39,497 nt of DNA, taken from NCBI RefSeq assembly GCF_049280035.1, contig NZ_JBAPPI010000211.1:1-39497 (forward strand), read 5' to 3'. The translations under genes and the position numbers were made by a program. Below the pieces are notes generated by a model that was not told the origin of the DNA, made no database searches, and saw only the letters and a list, made by a program, of their open reading frames with translations. Position 1 is the stretch's first letter. Each line of letters starts with the position of its first letter. The stretch is from Mycobacterium sp. GTDB lineage: Bacteria > Actinomycetota > Actinomycetes > Mycobacteriales > Mycobacteriaceae. Shown piece by piece: positions 36,326 to 39,497 of this stretch.

Positions 36326-36344
36326 TACTGTAACGAATTTAGTA
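36326..36344. promoter_or_regulatory. Candidate operator TACTG-TAACGAATT-TAGTA
   Basis: Copy of the 19-bp motif, extending to ATACT...AGTAT, about 30 bp upstream of the NTF2 gene start. Confidence 0.6.
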
Positions 36345-36363
36345 TCAGTGGACTACAGGAGGC

Positions 36364-36756
36364 GCCGAGGCTACCTATCGGAGTGCGTTGGAGTCCGGCG
36401 CCGTCGTCGCGCCGTGGTCCAACTCGTCGAAGATGACCTACGTCGACTACCGCGACGTCGCCGACGTGGCTGCATTGGCTTTCGCCGAGTCACGGCTGTC
36501 GCGCGGCACTTTCGAGCTCGCGACCGGCGGTATGATCGATCGGGTCGAGATCGCCGAGCTGATGAGTCGGGTAGCGGGACGCCCACCGCGGGCCGAGGAT
36601 CCGGACGACGTCCCCCCGGGACCCGAGGGCTTAGCCACGATGTTCGCCGATTACGACCAGCACGGATTTCACGGGGGCAATTCGCTTGTCCTGCAAGCAA
36701 TTCTGCATCGAGAACCGCGCTCAGTCGCGACCTGATTTGCCGAGCTCGCACGGTAA
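36364..36756 (+). pseudogene. NmrA-family NAD(P)-binding protein, C-terminal fragment
   Basis: MTYVDYRDVADVAALAF, GTFEL, EIAELMSRVAGR and GGNSLVL.AIL.REPRS are present, but there is no Rossmann N-terminus. An in-frame TGA at 36733-36735 is followed by FAELAR-stop. Confidence 0.7.
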
Positions 36757-36849
36757 GGCCCAAGAGGGTTATGGTGTGGGATTGACATGTGCGTCGCAGT
36801 TCCGCCGAAATAGGGAACATTGATGCGCCCACTGGGAGGAGAAATCGCC

Positions 36850-37230
36850 TTGGGTGATGACGAGGTGCGGGGCGCGCTGCGGCGCCACTGGGAAGCCTCT
36901 GATACCAACGACTTTGCGACGGAACACCAAATCTACCGAGCTGATGCAATTCTTGACTATCCGCAATCGGGCGAGCGAATCCGCAGTCGAGCCAACATCC
37001 AGGCATCGCGCGCTGCCCAGCCGAACACGAAACGCTTCACCGTGCGACGCATGCTTGGCGGCGGCGATCTTTGGGTCAGCGAACTCGTTATGACGTATGA
37101 CGAGCAACCGTATTACGTGGTCAGCATCATGGAATTTGAGCGTGGGGAGGTGGTCCACGAGACGCAGTACTTCAGCGATCCATTCGAGCCGGGGCCATCT
37201 CGGGCTCAATGGGTCGAACGAATGGAATGA
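36850..37230 (+). CDS. NTF2/SnoaL-like protein
   Basis: DAILDYPQSGERIR, LWVSE, VSIMEF, ETQYF.DPFEP...RAQW. TTG start at 36850 behind GGAGGA (the ORF track starts at 36820). Confidence 0.82.
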   Translation: MGDDEVRGALRRHWEASDTNDFATEHQIYRADAILDYPQSGERIRSRANIQASRAAQPNTKRFTVRRMLGGGDLWVSELVMTYDEQPYYVVSIMEFERGEVVHETQYFSDPFEPGPSRAQWVERME

Positions 37231-37249
37231 GCGGCGAGGGTTAGCGCCG

Positions 37250-38023
37250 TCACCAGTTCGCCGCTAGGTGTTCAAGTCGCCAGTGCCGGTACCGGGGCGA
37301 GGTGGCCACGTCGTACAGCGTCCAGAGCGGCTGCACTGTGTCGTGGTGCTCTGGGTCCTGCCCCGAATCATCCGTGTCAAAGGGTGCGAAAACGATTTCG
37401 CCTGCCCAGTGCAGCCGTATCGCGCCGTCGGGCCAGCGCTTGAAAATGGTCAGCAGCGGTAAAGGCTGGCCGTCAGCACCGTCGTTGCCGTAGTCACGGC
37501 GAAAATTGCAATTCGCCCCCGACAACACCCCGATGTGTCGCCACCCCCTCTCCTGCGCGAACGCCGCTACCTGCTCGATCGGGGCCTTTGCAACGATCGC
37601 CAAATTGCCACCCAAACCGTCGAGCTGGGCAATCACGCCATCCCACATGTCGATCAGCGGGGTGCACGATGGGCACGGTCCCTCGTCAATGGGCAGTTCC
37701 GAGCCGATACCGCTTGTCGGCCTGGGCCGATCATCCCCGCAGAGACGCGGGAACATGTAGTGGTAGAGCATCAGTGTGTCGTAACCGCCGAAGAGCTCGG
37801 ACAAGCGCACCGTCGTGGCGGCGCCGTCGTCGCCGATTCGGTCGAACACATAGTCTTCGAGGATCTCGCCGCCAGGCGGTAGTGATCTCCGCTGTGCCGC
37901 GACGGCCTCCATTTCCCGCTGGAGATCGACCTCCCGTTGAAACAGCGCATCGCGCGCTTCGCGATACTCTTGCGACTCGTTCGGAAAGTCTCGACTGTGC
38001 GCTGCGAAGGTGCCGCCGCTCAT
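37250..38023 (-). CDS. DUF899 family thioredoxin-like protein
   Basis: EYREARDALFQRE, VAAQRRSLPPG, VRLSELF, YHYMF, CPSC, VAKAPIE, ERGW. Start placed at MSGGT. Confidence 0.78.
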   Translation of the reverse strand: MSGGTFAAHSRDFPNESQEYREARDALFQREVDLQREMEAVAAQRRSLPPGGEILEDYVFDRIGDDGAATTVRLSELFGGYDTLMLYHYMFPRLCGDDRPRPTSGIGSELPIDEGPCPSCTPLIDMWDGVIAQLDGLGGNLAIVAKAPIEQVAAFAQERGWRHIGVLSGANCNFRRDYGNDGADGQPLPLLTIFKRWPDGAIRLHWAGEIVFAPFDTDDSGQDPEHHDTVQPLWTLYDVATSPRYRHWRLEHLAANW

Positions 38024-38127
38024 GGTCGCAGCACCAACTTGCCGCGGGTGTGTCGCATTTCGACGCCGAGGATGTCGACGCCGCCGTACGAACCGAACTG
38101 CACTGCTGTACGCATAAGCGCAACAGT

Positions 38128-38159
38128 AGTAATTTTGCATGATATGTCAATCAATTACT
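38128..38159. promoter_or_regulatory. AT-rich imperfect inverted repeat upstream of the DUF899 gene
   Basis: AGTAATT-TTGCAT-GAT-ATGTCAA-TC-AATTACT. Confidence 0.35.
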
Positions 38160-38245
38160 CTACAGCGATCGGCCGTGTGGATCGCGCCTCCGATCGCACC
38201 CATGACTGAACGGATCGGTCTTCTGGACGCCGTCGCACAATGGGC

Positions 38246-38290
38246 CAACGGCCGGGAGCAGTCCTGTGGGGGACTGACTTCCGGCCGTTG
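38246..38290 (-). terminator. Strong hairpin downstream of the cutinase gene (probable intrinsic terminator)
   Basis: CAACGGCCGGGAGCAGTCC-tgtggg-GGACTGACTTCCGGCCGTTG, with a second short hairpin TCACCACC/GGTGGTGA at 38296-38317. Confidence 0.65.
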
Positions 38291-38326
38291 ATCGATCACC
38301 ACCGGTTTGGGTGGTGACGCTGTCAT

Positions 38327-39121
38327 TCAGTTGCTCGGGCCTGCGCCGACCTCGCCTGCGGTTTGCTGTGCGGTCGCTTGAACGGGGGCGCCCAACTGGC
38401 GGGCAGCGAAGTCGGCTGCCTGGTCGGCCATTCCGTTGTCCTTGTAGGAACTGTGCGCGGCCCGGTTAAGGCCACCGGGGAAGCACACCGGGTCGCCGGT
38501 AGCACACAGCTGAAGGGTTTTCGCTGTGTAGAGGCCGCCGATGGTGATGGGTGGTGCGTTGTGGTCGACCAGGTTTAGAAACCAGCTATCCGGTGTTCCG
38601 AACAGGACCACTGCCGCGACGTGCGGGGCGATCGCAGCGGCCATGGGGCCGGTGATACCGGCCGGCAGGGCGAATCCGGCCGGAATGGCGTCGGTGATGG
38701 TGTAGCCGGCTACTGCCGCGCCCTGCGAGTAACCCCCGAGCACGATCTTGGTGGTCGGGCAGCTCGTCGCGGTCGCCTGAATCTTGCTGTTGGCGTCGAC
38801 GATCCCGTCGGCCGCCCGCCCGAAGTCCAACGACGAAGGGTAGTTCACCGCATACACGTCGACTGTCTTTCCCGGCAGGCGGGCATTGAGCGCGTCGACG
38901 AACGCTTGGCCGGTCCCGCCAACACCGGGTGCCTCAAGCGTGCCGCGGGCGAACACGACTTCGACGCTGGGACAAGAGTCATCGGCCGCAAACGCCTGTG
39001 CCGGCGCGACGAGCGAGCCGACGAGGATCGCGGCCACAGCGAGCGCGGCGAAAATCGCGGATAGCGCCAGCCGGACGGTCGACCTGCCCATGCTGACTAC
39101 CAGGGGTGTGATGTAGCTCAT
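38327..39121 (-). CDS. Secreted cutinase family protein
   Basis: Signal peptide, CPSVEVVFARGT, YAVNYP, GGYSQGA, VVLFGTP, CATGDPVC, AHSSY. Start MSYITP behind AAGGAAGG. Confidence 0.93.
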   Translation of the reverse strand: MSYITPLVVSMGRSTVRLALSAIFAALAVAAILVGSLVAPAQAFAADDSCPSVEVVFARGTLEAPGVGGTGQAFVDALNARLPGKTVDVYAVNYPSSLDFGRAADGIVDANSKIQATATSCPTTKIVLGGYSQGAAVAGYTITDAIPAGFALPAGITGPMAAAIAPHVAAVVLFGTPDSWFLNLVDHNAPPITIGGLYTAKTLQLCATGDPVCFPGGLNRAAHSSYKDNGMADQAADFAARQLGAPVQATAQQTAGEVGAGPSN

Positions 39122-39497
39122 GATTTGGGTCCCTTCCTTGTTCGCGCCCGCCGTCACTTCAATGTTTAAGTGGCAACCTGCCCGCTACAAGTCGGATCCC
39201 GGATCTGCGATTCCGGGAAACCTAGTGATATACGCCACTTGGGGAGGGCGGATCGCCGAGGAGGCGCAGCGCGCTATGCCTCGCCGCTAGTGAAGTCTTT
39301 TGGGCTCAAGGGATCAGACTTACAGGCCAGGCCGCGTGCCGGTGGTCTGACCACTTCCACTGCCTGCGCTGCTCGACCCCTGTTTCCTTTGTCTGCGGCC
39401 AGCATATGTCAAGTTAACCAATTAAGTGAGCCGGATATTTGCGGTTCAATGATGAAGTTACAGTGGGACTGTGAGCACCGCGCGTGAGACTCGCTGG

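Noticed and set aside
13638..39121. htpG-cutinase linkage resembling the M. tuberculosis htpG/cut2 neighbourhood
   Set aside because: The genes are about 23 kb apart with unrelated genes between them, and cutinases are multi-copy in mycobacteria.
39122..39497. ORF 39170..39487 or a structured RNA upstream of the cutinase
   Set aside because: No motif, RBS or convincing fold. More likely promoter or intergenic DNA.
1..39497. Mobile element, prophage, CRISPR array, tRNA/rRNA or defence system
   Set aside because: No transposase, integrase, phage or Cas motifs, no regularly spaced repeats and no tRNA or rRNA signatures were seen.

Overview
GC-rich actinobacterial DNA, almost certainly Mycobacterium (MIRU-like repeat, Mce-associated proteins, mycofactocin- and F420-type oxidoreductases, mycobacterial-type HtpG and cutinase). 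About 36 kb is one dense catabolic region. It holds a cobalt thiocyanate-hydrolase-type operon with a fused beta-alpha subunit, and a ~9 kb operon (mycofactocin-type SDR, TPP E1 alpha/beta plus a free lipoyl domain, crotonase, acyl-CoA ligase, Rieske oxygenase, KstD-like flavoprotein). A CoA-transferase is followed directly by htpG, then come a paired acyl-CoA dehydrogenase and two orphan Mce-associated genes. A five-gene operon looks like an amidohydrolase-fold dinuclear oxygenase system (Rieske ferredoxin, AibH1/H2-like pair, NTF2 protein, Asp-nucleophile hydrolase). The rest comprises two P450s, F420 enzymes, a lone carboxyltransferase and a Baeyer-Villiger monooxygenase collapsed by an in-frame deletion. 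A shared 19-bp palindrome (TACnG-N9-YnGTA) sits in several promoter regions, but no regulator or ferredoxin reductase is encoded in the window. The last ~3 kb holds an NmrA remnant, NTF2, DUF899 and cutinase genes. No rRNA, tRNA, CRISPR array or transposase was seen. All family calls come from motif recognition by eye, not database searches, and several starts were moved from the ORF track using RBS and overlap evidence.
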